The notes below the pieces were generated by a model, which worked only from the letters and a program-made list of their open reading frames with translations, did not search any database and was not told the DNA's origin. A DNA stretch of 60,451 nt, counting the filler. It is 7 parts of 7 records of this genome, joined end to end, with 100 filler letters (N's around TTAATTAATTAA, not from the genome) between each part and the next. Parts side by side here need not be neighbours in the genome. Positions count along the whole stretch, not along the records: positions 27,414 to 40,332 come from SRR31156797_9473; 6 more parts are not named here. One strand, given 5' to 3'. Shown piece by piece: positions 29,092-38,277 of the stretch; within the stretch, counting starts at the first letter, position 1, and each line of letters opens with the position of its first letter. Made by a program: the position numbers and the translations under genes.

Positions 29092-30681
29092 TTAGTACCC
29101 TGGATTTTGTTGTCCTTCCAAAGCAGTATTTACAGTCATTTCATATTCAGGAATTGGTAAAAGCTCGTTTTTACCCTGCTCGTAACCAGCTCCCTGTGGT
29201 TCATAAAATCCACCGGAACCATTTGGCACTTTTTTACCCTGATCTTTTAACGCATCGTAAGCATCGCCCCAGCGTTGAAGATCCATATATCTTACCATTT
29301 CAAAAGAAAGTTCTAACTTCCTTTCTGTTTTAATGTCTTCGAACAAATCTGTGCCTGTAGAAGAAACAGGATCCAGACTTACACGAGCTCTTACTTCATT
29401 GATATACGTTTGCGCTCTATCGTCATTTCCACTACGGTTATATGCTTCTGCAGCCATTAAAAGCACATCGGCATAACGAATCATCCTTACATTTGTACCT
29501 ACGTTTGAAAATTGTGTCCATCCATCTGCTCCACCGCCTTCCGAAGTATAACCAAGATATTTCAAATCGAGGTAACCATCTGAACCATAAGGTACATAAC
29601 CTGCTGGTGTCAGGTATGGGACACTTCCTATGGCTGCCAGCTCATCCGGCCCCATGATTGATGATGCCAAGCGCACGTTATCTCCTGCTTCAATATAAGC
29701 ATCGTACATTTCTTTGTGCGGATTGATAAATCCCCATGAAAATGGAAATAGATCAAGCATAAAGAAAGTTGGTGCAGGTAAATACTCAGGACGAGGACCA
29801 TTCATTACTACCCAGCCACCAATACCACTTTCTGGCTCGAAAATTCCAGCATAACTTAATGTTGAAGTATAATTTAATTCAAAAACTGATTCAACACCGT
29901 GTTCCGAATCTTTTCTTAAAATTTTTGAATAATCTGGGTAAAGATCGTATTCGCCGGAATCAATTATAGTTTGAAAAACAGTAGCTGCTTCTGCAAATTG
30001 TTCCTGATATAAATAATGTTTACCAAGCATGGCCTGAACAGAGCCTTTACTTAATAATTGCTCGTATGTAGCCGGCATACTGCTTTTTATTGGTAAAGCT
30101 GTTATTGCTTCCGTAAAATCCTGTTCAATTTGCGCATTAATTTCTGTCATCGGCGTTTTTGGTTGGTTATACTCATCTGGGTTTAGTTGAGTTAACACAA
30201 GTGGAACCTCTCCCCATAAATTTGTTAAATAAAAGTAAGCATAGCCACGTAAAGCTTTAGCCATTGCGACAAATAGAGCCTTATTATCAGAATCAACCTC
30301 AGTGTTATTAATTACCAGATTTGCCCGGTTTACACAATTGTACATCCATGAATAATATCCATTAATTGCAGAGGTTGTAGGAGAAAATCGGTACTCATTG
30401 ATTTCTTCCAAGGTTCCTCCGTTATCCCCACGGGCTCCACCGCCTGCGTATGATTCATCAGACAAACCATTTAACATATAAACATAGTTAAATCCCATTC
30501 CACCCTGCCACTCATCAAAAACTGCCATCAAGGCTTCAAATACCTGATCATCGGTTTGATAAAATGACTCTACCGTTTGTACTCCCCGCTGATCGTACTG
30601 GAGAAAATCTTCAGAACAACCAAAGGAAAACAAAGCTATAAAAAGAAATATCTTTGAAATATTATTAATCGTTGTTTTCAT
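29092..30681 (-). CDS. SusD/RagB family lipoprotein
   Basis: Lipobox SFGC; LRGYAYFYL..LWGEVPL; IRYADVLLMAAEA; ERKLEL..E..RY.DL.RW; C-terminal QNPGY. Confidence 0.95.
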   Translation of the reverse strand: MKTTINNISKIFLFIALFSFGCSEDFLQYDQRGVQTVESFYQTDDQVFEALMAVFDEWQGGMGFNYVYMLNGLSDESYAGGGARGDNGGTLEEINEYRFSPTTSAINGYYSWMYNCVNRANLVINNTEVDSDNKALFVAMAKALRGYAYFYLTNLWGEVPLVLTQLNPDEYNQPKTPMTEINAQIEQDFTEAITALPIKSSMPATYEQLLSKGSVQAMLGKHYLYQEQFAEAATVFQTIIDSGEYDLYPDYSKILRKDSEHGVESVFELNYTSTLSYAGIFEPESGIGGWVVMNGPRPEYLPAPTFFMLDLFPFSWGFINPHKEMYDAYIEAGDNVRLASSIMGPDELAAIGSVPYLTPAGYVPYGSDGYLDLKYLGYTSEGGGADGWTQFSNVGTNVRMIRYADVLLMAAEAYNRSGNDDRAQTYINEVRARVSLDPVSSTGTDLFEDIKTERKLELSFEMVRYMDLQRWGDAYDALKDQGKKVPNGSGGFYEPQGAGYEQGKNELLPIPEYEMTVNTALEGQQNPGY

Positions 30682-30705
30682 AATTTAAAATAGTTTAAAC
30701 GTTAA

Positions 30706-33700
30706 TTAAAAGGATACATTAACACCAAACAAGAATGTTCTTGTGTATGGATACATACCACGATCAATACCCAGACTGTTAACCTCTGTTGATCCAATTT
30801 CAGGATCTACCCCTGGATATTTTGTAAATGCGAAGGCATTTTCAACAGAGAAATAAATCCTTGCATTTGACAATTTAGCCTTACTGATAAGATCTCTGGG
30901 TAAAGCATAACCTAATTGTAGTTGCTTCACCTTTAAATAATCGCCTTTAAAAATCATCAAATCACTATGCCAAGCATTTGATTCAGTAGTTGCAGCTGGC
31001 ATGGTGGCATCCGTATTAGAAGGAGTCCAACGATCATCAAAATAAACCTGCAGTTTATTAAAATTTAAACGGTCTGTACGAACCATTCCTAACATAACTT
31101 CGTGCCCACTTGCACCTTGCAGGAATGCTTTAAAATCGAATCCTTTGTATGACAAATCAATATTTAAACCATACATTAGTGTTGGAATACCACTACCTAT
31201 GTAAGTTTTATCTTCCGAACTAACTGTGCTAACAGTTTCTCCATCTCTGTTTATATAAAGAGGATTTCCGGTTTCAGGGTCAATACCGGCTGTTTTATAA
31301 CCATAGAAATACCAAATCGGATTACCGATATCAAAACGGGTTGCAGTTTCAAGGTTAATTATAGCACCTGTTAAATAAGGCTGGTTCGGGTTCATATAAG
31401 TAACCTCGTTGTGTAAGGTTGATAAATTTGCATTGATATTGTAATTAAACTGACCGGCATTATTCCGATAACCTAATTCAAACTCAAATCCACGGTTTTC
31501 TACATTACCAGCATTTACTGTAGTTGCATCGTTACCTGCAATCAGCGGAGGTGTACCTAAGGTTAACAAATCTTTTGTTTTCTTAATGTAATAATCCATT
31601 GTAAAAGTTAATCGATCCTGAAATGCACGAATATCTATTCCAATGTCGGTTTGCTCACTGGTTTCCCATTTCAAACTTGAGTTACTCAGGTTTGCAGGGG
31701 CTGTTGCTGTACCCATACTTGAGGTTTCAGTACTCACCCAATATGGATATGCTCCGGTTGTTGAAAGTGGTGCCCCATATTGGAATTCACCGAGGTTAGA
31801 TAAGCTACCATTTTGTCCCCAACTACCCCGAAGTTTTAAGAATGAAACTGGAGTTCCTTCTGGAAAGAATGATTCATTGGATAGTACCCATCCAGCTGAA
31901 AATGCAGGAAAAACACCCCATCTGGTATCAATAGGCAAAATATCGAAACCGGCACCATCGCGGCGTAGACTTGCCTGTAATAAATATTTTCCTTTATATT
32001 CATAATTGAGTCGGCCAAAATACGATACTTTGCGCGTAATAACTCTTGAACTCCCCACATTATCCGTTGGATCAGCAGCAAGGAAATCAAGATCATCATA
32101 TAGGCGACTATCGCTGGTTAACGGACTACCATCAGCACTTAAGTTATTTTCCTTACGCTCATCTGATGACATCCCTATCAAGGCAGTTAAGTTATGATCA
32201 CCAATAGATTTATTATACACTGCAAAGTTTTCCCATTGCCAGTATGTCGACATCATGGTAGCTTCCTCCACACTCGATTGCATATTATTGGTTTGAGCAT
32301 CATAATAATACACAGGACTGTAGTTATGCGTACGCTCTCCCATTACTGTACCACCAAATCTGGATGTAACAGTTAAGCCCTTGATTGGAGTTAACTCCAG
32401 AAAAAAGTTTCCAAAAAGGTTATTTCTTTCACTCTCCGGAAAAGTTGCATCTCTGGTTACAAATGGGTTTGCCGTACTTGTAACATACTGTGAGACACCA
32501 TAAATATTTCCCTGGTCATTCGTCAAAAAATGATAACCATCATTAATGTTCGTTTGTACTGTTGTAGGAATTTCGCTCTCGTTACCATAAACAGCAGGAG
32601 TTAAAGGATCTAACATTATAGCACTTGTAATAACCGAAGTATATTCACTATTCTCGGCAATTGTTTGCAACATTGTTTTTGAAAAAGTGATATTGTGTCC
32701 AACCTTTGCCCACTCTTTTAGTTTATAATCCGAATTGAACATGAATGTGTAACGTTTGAACTTGTCTTTATCGCCTTGAACAACTCCATCCTGATCAAGT
32801 AAAGAAGCTGACATCATAAACGAACCTCTTTCACCACCACCAGTGAATGATAGATAATGTTTTTTGGTTGGAGCTTGTTCAAAAATTTCATCTTGCCAAT
32901 CAGTATCATATGGATCACTTAAAGCCGATTCGGGTAATGTTCCGGCTTCAGTCATATATGTTTTATAGTCAGCAGCATTAAGAACATCCACTTTACGTGC
33001 CAGCGTTTGAACACTGTGTTGATATTCATAATTAATGATGCCTTTACCGCTGCTACCACTTTTTGTGGTTACAATTACTACACCATTAGCACCTTCGGCA
33101 CCGTAGATAGCGGCAGAAGCAGCATCTTTTAAAACTTCCATGTTCTCTATGTCATTCGGATCGATAGAACTAAGATCTGGAACCTTTGTTCCATTTACAA
33201 TATAAATAGGTTCTGATGATAAATTTGAACCATACCCCCTGATACGAATATTCATGCTTGCACCAGGAGCACCGGAATTCTGAATTACCTGAACACCCGA
33301 AGTACGTCCCTGTAATGCTTGCTCAGCACGAGAAATTGACTGGTTTTGTAGATCTTCAGATTTTACACTTGAAATTGAACCGGTTACCACACTCTTTTTC
33401 TGAACACCGTAACCAACTGCAACAACTTCCTCAATTCCAACAACATCGCTTTCGAGAACTACATTAATTTCGGATTGATTTCCAATGGTAATTTCCTGCG
33501 CTTTCATTCCTACAAAAGAATAAACCAAAATAGTTGCATCATCTGGAATTTCCAGGGAATAGTTTCCATCGAAATCGGTAATAATACCAACAGTAGTTCC
33601 TTTTACAATAATAGAAACTCCGGGAAGTGGCATCCCTAAATCGTCGGTAACATTTCCAGTGATGGTTCTTAGTTGTTGTTCTGTTTCAACCGGAACAGCT

Positions 33701-34083
33701 GGTTTTTCCATTGAAATTTCTTCGGGAACAATTATAATAACTTTGTCACGCACTTCGTACGTCATGTTTGTTCCGTCTAAACAAACATTCAGAATTTCTT
33801 CTACTGTAGTTTGTTTAAAGTCGCAATTTAAATTCCGAAGATTTTCAATGTCATCGACATTATAAACAAAAGTAAATTCGCTTTGTCCTTTAATGTCTTT
33901 AAACAATTCTTTAAACGAAGCATCTTTCAGCTTCACGTCCAGTCGCGTATTCTGAGAATACGTACTCGCAGTTGCCTGGATTATCAGAGCGAAAGTTAGT
34001 ACTAAAGTTATTCGCATAATTAACAATAATCTAAGAAACCTTTCTTTTAAACAAAAGATTTCCAACCTACATTTTTTTTTCAT
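30706..34083 (-). CDS. SusC/RagA TonB-dependent transducer with N-terminal extension
   Basis: STN-like extension; EEVVAVGYG; VLKDAASAAIYG...NGVVIVTTK; LKWETS; C-terminal F. Confidence 0.96.
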   Translation of the reverse strand: MKKKCRLEIFCLKERFLRLLLIMRITLVLTFALIIQATASTYSQNTRLDVKLKDASFKELFKDIKGQSEFTFVYNVDDIENLRNLNCDFKQTTVEEILNVCLDGTNMTYEVRDKVIIIVPEEISMEKPAVPVETEQQLRTITGNVTDDLGMPLPGVSIIVKGTTVGIITDFDGNYSLEIPDDATILVYSFVGMKAQEITIGNQSEINVVLESDVVGIEEVVAVGYGVQKKSVVTGSISSVKSEDLQNQSISRAEQALQGRTSGVQVIQNSGAPGASMNIRIRGYGSNLSSEPIYIVNGTKVPDLSSIDPNDIENMEVLKDAASAAIYGAEGANGVVIVTTKSGSSGKGIINYEYQHSVQTLARKVDVLNAADYKTYMTEAGTLPESALSDPYDTDWQDEIFEQAPTKKHYLSFTGGGERGSFMMSASLLDQDGVVQGDKDKFKRYTFMFNSDYKLKEWAKVGHNITFSKTMLQTIAENSEYTSVITSAIMLDPLTPAVYGNESEIPTTVQTNINDGYHFLTNDQGNIYGVSQYVTSTANPFVTRDATFPESERNNLFGNFFLELTPIKGLTVTSRFGGTVMGERTHNYSPVYYYDAQTNNMQSSVEEATMMSTYWQWENFAVYNKSIGDHNLTALIGMSSDERKENNLSADGSPLTSDSRLYDDLDFLAADPTDNVGSSRVITRKVSYFGRLNYEYKGKYLLQASLRRDGAGFDILPIDTRWGVFPAFSAGWVLSNESFFPEGTPVSFLKLRGSWGQNGSLSNLGEFQYGAPLSTTGAYPYWVSTETSSMGTATAPANLSNSSLKWETSEQTDIGIDIRAFQDRLTFTMDYYIKKTKDLLTLGTPPLIAGNDATTVNAGNVENRGFEFELGYRNNAGQFNYNINANLSTLHNEVTYMNPNQPYLTGAIINLETATRFDIGNPIWYFYGYKTAGIDPETGNPLYINRDGETVSTVSSEDKTYIGSGIPTLMYGLNIDLSYKGFDFKAFLQGASGHEVMLGMVRTDRLNFNKLQVYFDDRWTPSNTDATMPAATTESNAWHSDLMIFKGDYLKVKQLQLGYALPRDLISKAKLSNARIYFSVENAFAFTKYPGVDPEIGSTEVNSLGIDRGMYPYTRTFLFGVNVSF

Positions 34084-34112
34084 AAGTTTACTCTGTTTTA
34101 GTTTATTAATTT

Positions 34113-34180
34113 CATTTCTGCGCCAACAGAAATGGACAACAATTTTAAGCGGGAAATAGTAACATATTTTCCGCTTTTCC
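34113..34180. promoter_or_regulatory. Two hairpins in the fecR-susC intergenic leader
   Basis: CATTTCTG-cgccaa-CAGAAATG (34113-34134) and AAGCGGGAAATA-gtaaca-TATTTTCCGCTT (34147-34176). Confidence 0.6.
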
Positions 34181-34184
34181 TTTA

Positions 34185-35360
34185 TTAGTTATTTAATACG
34201 GTTATTTTATTTTCATCAATTTTAAATCTTACTTTTTTAGTTAAATGAATAATTTCTAATATCTCGCTAAACCGGTCGTATCGTTTTACATCTATAGAAA
34301 ACCGAAGTTCTTTTAACTCTTCATTTTCATAATTTATGCTCATATCGTACCATCTCGACAAATCATTAAAAATTTCTTCCAGAGTATTTTCTTCAAAAAG
34401 AATGCGGCCTTCTTTCCAGGCAATGTACTGACTAACATTTACTTTTTTTATCATCGATTCCTTTTCCGAGATTACTGCCTGTTCATTTGGTTTTAACAGA
34501 AATTCTTTTTCATTATCTTTTTGGGTAATTGCCACTTCTCCATCAACCAATGTGGTTGTTACATTTTTCTCATCGATATATGCCCTGATGTTAAATGTAG
34601 TTCCTAAAACATTTACTTTCATTTTTGCTGTGTTAACAACAAAAGGAATATCGTCGTCGTGAACTACATCAAAAAAAGCTTCTCCTTCAACAAATACCTC
34701 GCGCGTTTCTCTTGAAAATACCACAGGATATTTAATGATTGTTTCTGAATTCAGCCAAACTTCAGTTCCATCGGAAAGGGTCAGTTGATATTCTCCTCCT
34801 TTTGGAATTTCGATAACATTATATTTTATATCTTTTGGTTTTACCCTTTTACTTTCGGCCGAATAAACCACTTTTTTCGAATCGGTACTAATAAGCGTTC
34901 CATCGGTTTCCGAAAAATCTTTCGATGCTTCTTCGAGGTTTATTGTTGTTCCATCGGCAAGCCTTAAAACTGCTTTGCTCGAACCCGGATGGATATTTGA
35001 GTCGACAAGTTCAATTTGCTCATTTATATTTTGTTCTTTCTGGAATACAAAATAAACCGCAAAAACAATAGGAATAATTACGGCTGCATATTTTAATACT
35101 TTTAATGCAATTTTTCGGGTATTATTTAATTGAGATTCGGCAAAACGGGTATAACCTGCTTTATTATCGAATTTGGCCAGTTCCTTAAATTTCTGTGGAA
35201 CATTTGAGTCGTCGAGTAACGATTCATAAAGTTCTAAATTATCCTTATCCTCATTCAGCCAATCATTCAGAAGCTTTTCCTCGTCTTCTTTAAGTGGCCT
35301 CGTGCGAGACGACTGAATAATTTTCACCAACTTGAATATATCATCAAAATCTTTCATCAC
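34185..35360 (-). CDS. FecR-family anti-sigma factor
   Basis: TM segment; GGEYQLTLSDGTEVWLNSET; GEAFFDV; VLGTTFNI; C-terminal domain LSRWYD. Confidence 0.94.
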   Translation of the reverse strand: MMKDFDDIFKLVKIIQSSRTRPLKEDEEKLLNDWLNEDKDNLELYESLLDDSNVPQKFKELAKFDNKAGYTRFAESQLNNTRKIALKVLKYAAVIIPIVFAVYFVFQKEQNINEQIELVDSNIHPGSSKAVLRLADGTTINLEEASKDFSETDGTLISTDSKKVVYSAESKRVKPKDIKYNVIEIPKGGEYQLTLSDGTEVWLNSETIIKYPVVFSRETREVFVEGEAFFDVVHDDDIPFVVNTAKMKVNVLGTTFNIRAYIDEKNVTTTLVDGEVAITQKDNEKEFLLKPNEQAVISEKESMIKKVNVSQYIAWKEGRILFEENTLEEIFNDLSRWYDMSINYENEELKELRFSIDVKRYDRFSEILEIIHLTKKVRFKIDENKITVLNN

Positions 35361-35420
35361 CTACTAATAACTATGTTTTTGCTTTAACTAAACCATGAAC
35401 AATTGGATTGTTCTCTTAAT

Positions 35421-35449
35421 TATAACACAATAAACAAAAAGTAGGGTGA
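35421..35449 (-). promoter_or_regulatory. Candidate ECF-sigma promoter upstream of fecR
   Basis: Minus strand TCACCC...TGTGTTATA, resembling (from memory) motifs upstream of Bacteroidota fecR-susC operons. Confidence 0.35.
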
Positions 35450-35522
35450 TCTAAAAACTGACTTTTTTCAAAAAAAATAAATTTATTTGGAAATGAGAAA
35501 AACCGAGAGATTTATATTCAAA

Positions 35523-36107
35523 CTATTTAACGATTTTACTGGTAAAAAAGAAAAGCAAAACCGGATATTCCAACTCTTCGCGCAAAAATTTAAAGGCGTT
35601 TTGTTTTAGTGTTTTTACCGTATTTACCGAAATCCCGGTTTCATCAGCTATTTCCTTGTACGATAAACCTTCCATACTCAATAAAAGCACTTTTTTACGT
35701 TTTGGCGTGAGTTTATTAATGGCCACGTACAGTTGTCGGTAGTATTCTTCTTCTACCAAAACCTGTAACACCGATTTATCATTTATAGGAATTTCGGTAC
35801 TTTTTTTAATATCCGTGAAATCGACATTTACTTTTTTATTTTGGTTGCGGATGTAATTTAAACTGGCATTTTTTACTGAAATAAATAAAAATGAGGTTAA
35901 TGATTTTACCGAAGTAAAACTAACTTTTCCTTTCCAAATTTTCACAAAAACCTCTTGCACAAGATCTTCGGCATCTGAACGGTTGCTTACTATTTTTGAA
36001 GAAAAACTGCACAGTGTTGAATAATAATTATTATACAAGTATTTAAAGCCTTCAGCTTTTTTAAGGTTAACCTGGTCTATTATTTTTCCTTTAAAGTTAC
36101 TCACCAA
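35523..36107 (-). CDS. ECF sigma-70 factor (Bacteroidota type)
   Basis: AEDLVQEVFVKIW region 2; GLSYKEIADETGISVNTVK region 4. Confidence 0.95.
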   Translation of the reverse strand: MVSNFKGKIIDQVNLKKAEGFKYLYNNYYSTLCSFSSKIVSNRSDAEDLVQEVFVKIWKGKVSFTSVKSLTSFLFISVKNASLNYIRNQNKKVNVDFTDIKKSTEIPINDKSVLQVLVEEEYYRQLYVAINKLTPKRKKVLLLSMEGLSYKEIADETGISVNTVKTLKQNAFKFLREELEYPVLLFFFTSKIVK

Positions 36108-36370
36108 ATCTAATCAACTGTAAAAATCCGTTTATTTTCCAGAAAAAATTTTCATCAAAAATTACTATTTCTTTTTGATTTACCAATTTCTACTCAAAGA
36201 AAGAATTTCAAAAATCCTTTTTCAAAAAAATTAATCTATCCTGAATTCTATTTCAAAAAGGTAGTTTATAACTGAATTTCATAATCTTATCCTTCATTAA
36301 ATTGTATTCAGTTCATTAATCTATTTTTTTGTAATTTTAGTTTTTACTCATTCGTTAATAAATTCTGTAT

Positions 36371-37561
36371 ATGAAAAATAAAATTATAGTGCTGGGAGCC
36401 GGTTTAGTAGGAAGTGCAATTGCCATCGATCTTTCGAAAAACCACAATGTTACCAGTGCCGATATTAACCCGGAATCATTTCTGAAATTTCAAAATCAGC
36501 CGGAAATTAAAATCATTCAGGCAGATTTAGGCAATGTTGAAAAAGTTAAATTACTTATAAAAGATTTCGATTTGGTAATAGGGGCAGTGCCAGGTTTTAT
36601 GGGATACCAAACCATGAAGGCTGTAATTGAAGCAGGGAAAAACATGGTCGATATTTCGTTTATGCCCGAAGATTTTCTTGAACTGAACGGACTGGCAAAA
36701 AAACACAAAGTAACGGTTGTGGCCGATTGCGGAGTAGCCCCAGGGATGGGAAATATTATTTTGGGGCACCACTATATAAACATGACCGTAAAAAGATACG
36801 AATGCCTGGTTGGCGGACTTCCTGTAATCCGCGAATGGCCGTACGAATACAAGGCAGTTTTCTCCCCCATCGATGTTATTGAGGAATATACCCGTCCGGC
36901 GCGTTATATTCAGAATTACGAAATGGTGACCAAAGAAGCACTTTCCGATCCGGAATTAATTTATTTTGATGGTGTGGGAACATTGGAATCGTGGAATTCC
37001 GACGGACTGCGTTCACTAATGCAAACCATGAAAAATATTCCGGATATGATTGAAAAAACCCTGCGTTATCCGGGATGTATAGAATATCTGCGTGTTTTGC
37101 GCGAATCCGGTTTTTTCTCGTACGACGAAATTGAAGTAAACGGAACAAAAATCCGCCCCATTGATGTTACGGCAAAACTGCTTTTCCCAAAATGGAAATT
37201 AAAGGAAGGCGAAGAAGATTTTACGATAATGCGAATTGTTGTTGAAGGAATTGAAAACGGTGAACAAAAAAGATACGCTTATAATTTATTAGATAAATTC
37301 GAACGCAAAACAAATACAATATCAATGGCGCGAACAACCGGTTACACTTGTACAGCAGTAGCCAATTTAATGCTCGATGGTGGATTTAAAACGGAAGGTG
37401 TTAGCGCGCCCGAAATGGTAGGAATGAGTGCGGGAAATTTAAATTACATCTTAAAATACCTGGAAGAAAGAAATGTATTCTACAAAATCTCAAAAAAATT
37501 TGTAGAATCCTATTACGTTTTTAAAGGATTCCATCTTTTTTCAGAGATGGAATCCTTCTAA
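36371..37561 (+). CDS. Saccharopine dehydrogenase / lysine 6-dehydrogenase family protein
   Basis: VLGAGLVG, AVPGFMG, DCGVAPG, VGGLP, EKTLRYPG, MARTTG; last ~20 codons may be an extension (see findings). Confidence 0.88.
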   Translation: MKNKIIVLGAGLVGSAIAIDLSKNHNVTSADINPESFLKFQNQPEIKIIQADLGNVEKVKLLIKDFDLVIGAVPGFMGYQTMKAVIEAGKNMVDISFMPEDFLELNGLAKKHKVTVVADCGVAPGMGNIILGHHYINMTVKRYECLVGGLPVIREWPYEYKAVFSPIDVIEEYTRPARYIQNYEMVTKEALSDPELIYFDGVGTLESWNSDGLRSLMQTMKNIPDMIEKTLRYPGCIEYLRVLRESGFFSYDEIEVNGTKIRPIDVTAKLLFPKWKLKEGEEDFTIMRIVVEGIENGEQKRYAYNLLDKFERKTNTISMARTTGYTCTAVANLMLDGGFKTEGVSAPEMVGMSAGNLNYILKYLEERNVFYKISKKFVESYYVFKGFHLFSEMESF

Positions 37562-37647
37562 AACAGGAATAATAATCTAAAATTAAATCGTGATAAATCT
37601 TTTTAGCGGATGAATTATTATTTCAAGTCATTTTTTATTTTTGCGCC

Positions 37648-38043
37648 ATGGAAATAATTTTAGGAATTATTATCGGATTATTTACCGTTGCCGGAATAAT
37701 AATTTTGGTGAAAGTAAACAAGGAGAGGAAAAAAAACAGTCCGGCGCAGGAAGTAACATCGGCACCAGTTTCTGACTGTTGTGGAGCACATGAAGTGTGC
37801 GATTTCGACCAGATAAAAGCAGATGATACTATTATTGAATATTACGACGATGAGGAACTGGACGAATATAAAAACATAGATGAAAAAAAATATACTTCCA
37901 GCCAAATCGACCAGTTTCGCGAAGTGCTTTATACCTTAAACACCCACGAAATAAGATACTGGCTTTTAAGTATCGAACGGCGAAAAATAAACCTTCCTTC
38001 GATTTTACAAAGCGAAGCCCGTACTTTAATGGCTGAAGGTTAA
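37648..38043 (+). CDS. Membrane-anchored hypothetical protein with CCGxHxxC motif
   Basis: N-terminal TM; DCCGAHEVCD; YYDDEELD; FREVLYTL; promoter-like TATTTTTG just upstream. Confidence 0.85.
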   Translation: MEIILGIIIGLFTVAGIIILVKVNKERKKNSPAQEVTSAPVSDCCGAHEVCDFDQIKADDTIIEYYDDEELDEYKNIDEKKYTSSQIDQFREVLYTLNTHEIRYWLLSIERRKINLPSILQSEARTLMAEG

Positions 38044-38277
38044 ATCATTCCCCTAAATCAAATATCATCTCTTTTCAATATTCCAATAAACCATTTTATT
38101 CAACTTTTAGGGTTTTACTTTCTAGATTTTGGCTATTCCTGACTATCAGTTTTATAAACAAACTGTCATTTTTTTTCTTTTCTTGGCAAACTTTCAAAAT
38201 CTCATTGGTTACGTTTACTTTTATTTCTATTTTCATGAGTTATTCAAAATCAAATAATATCCTGAAAATATAGTACT

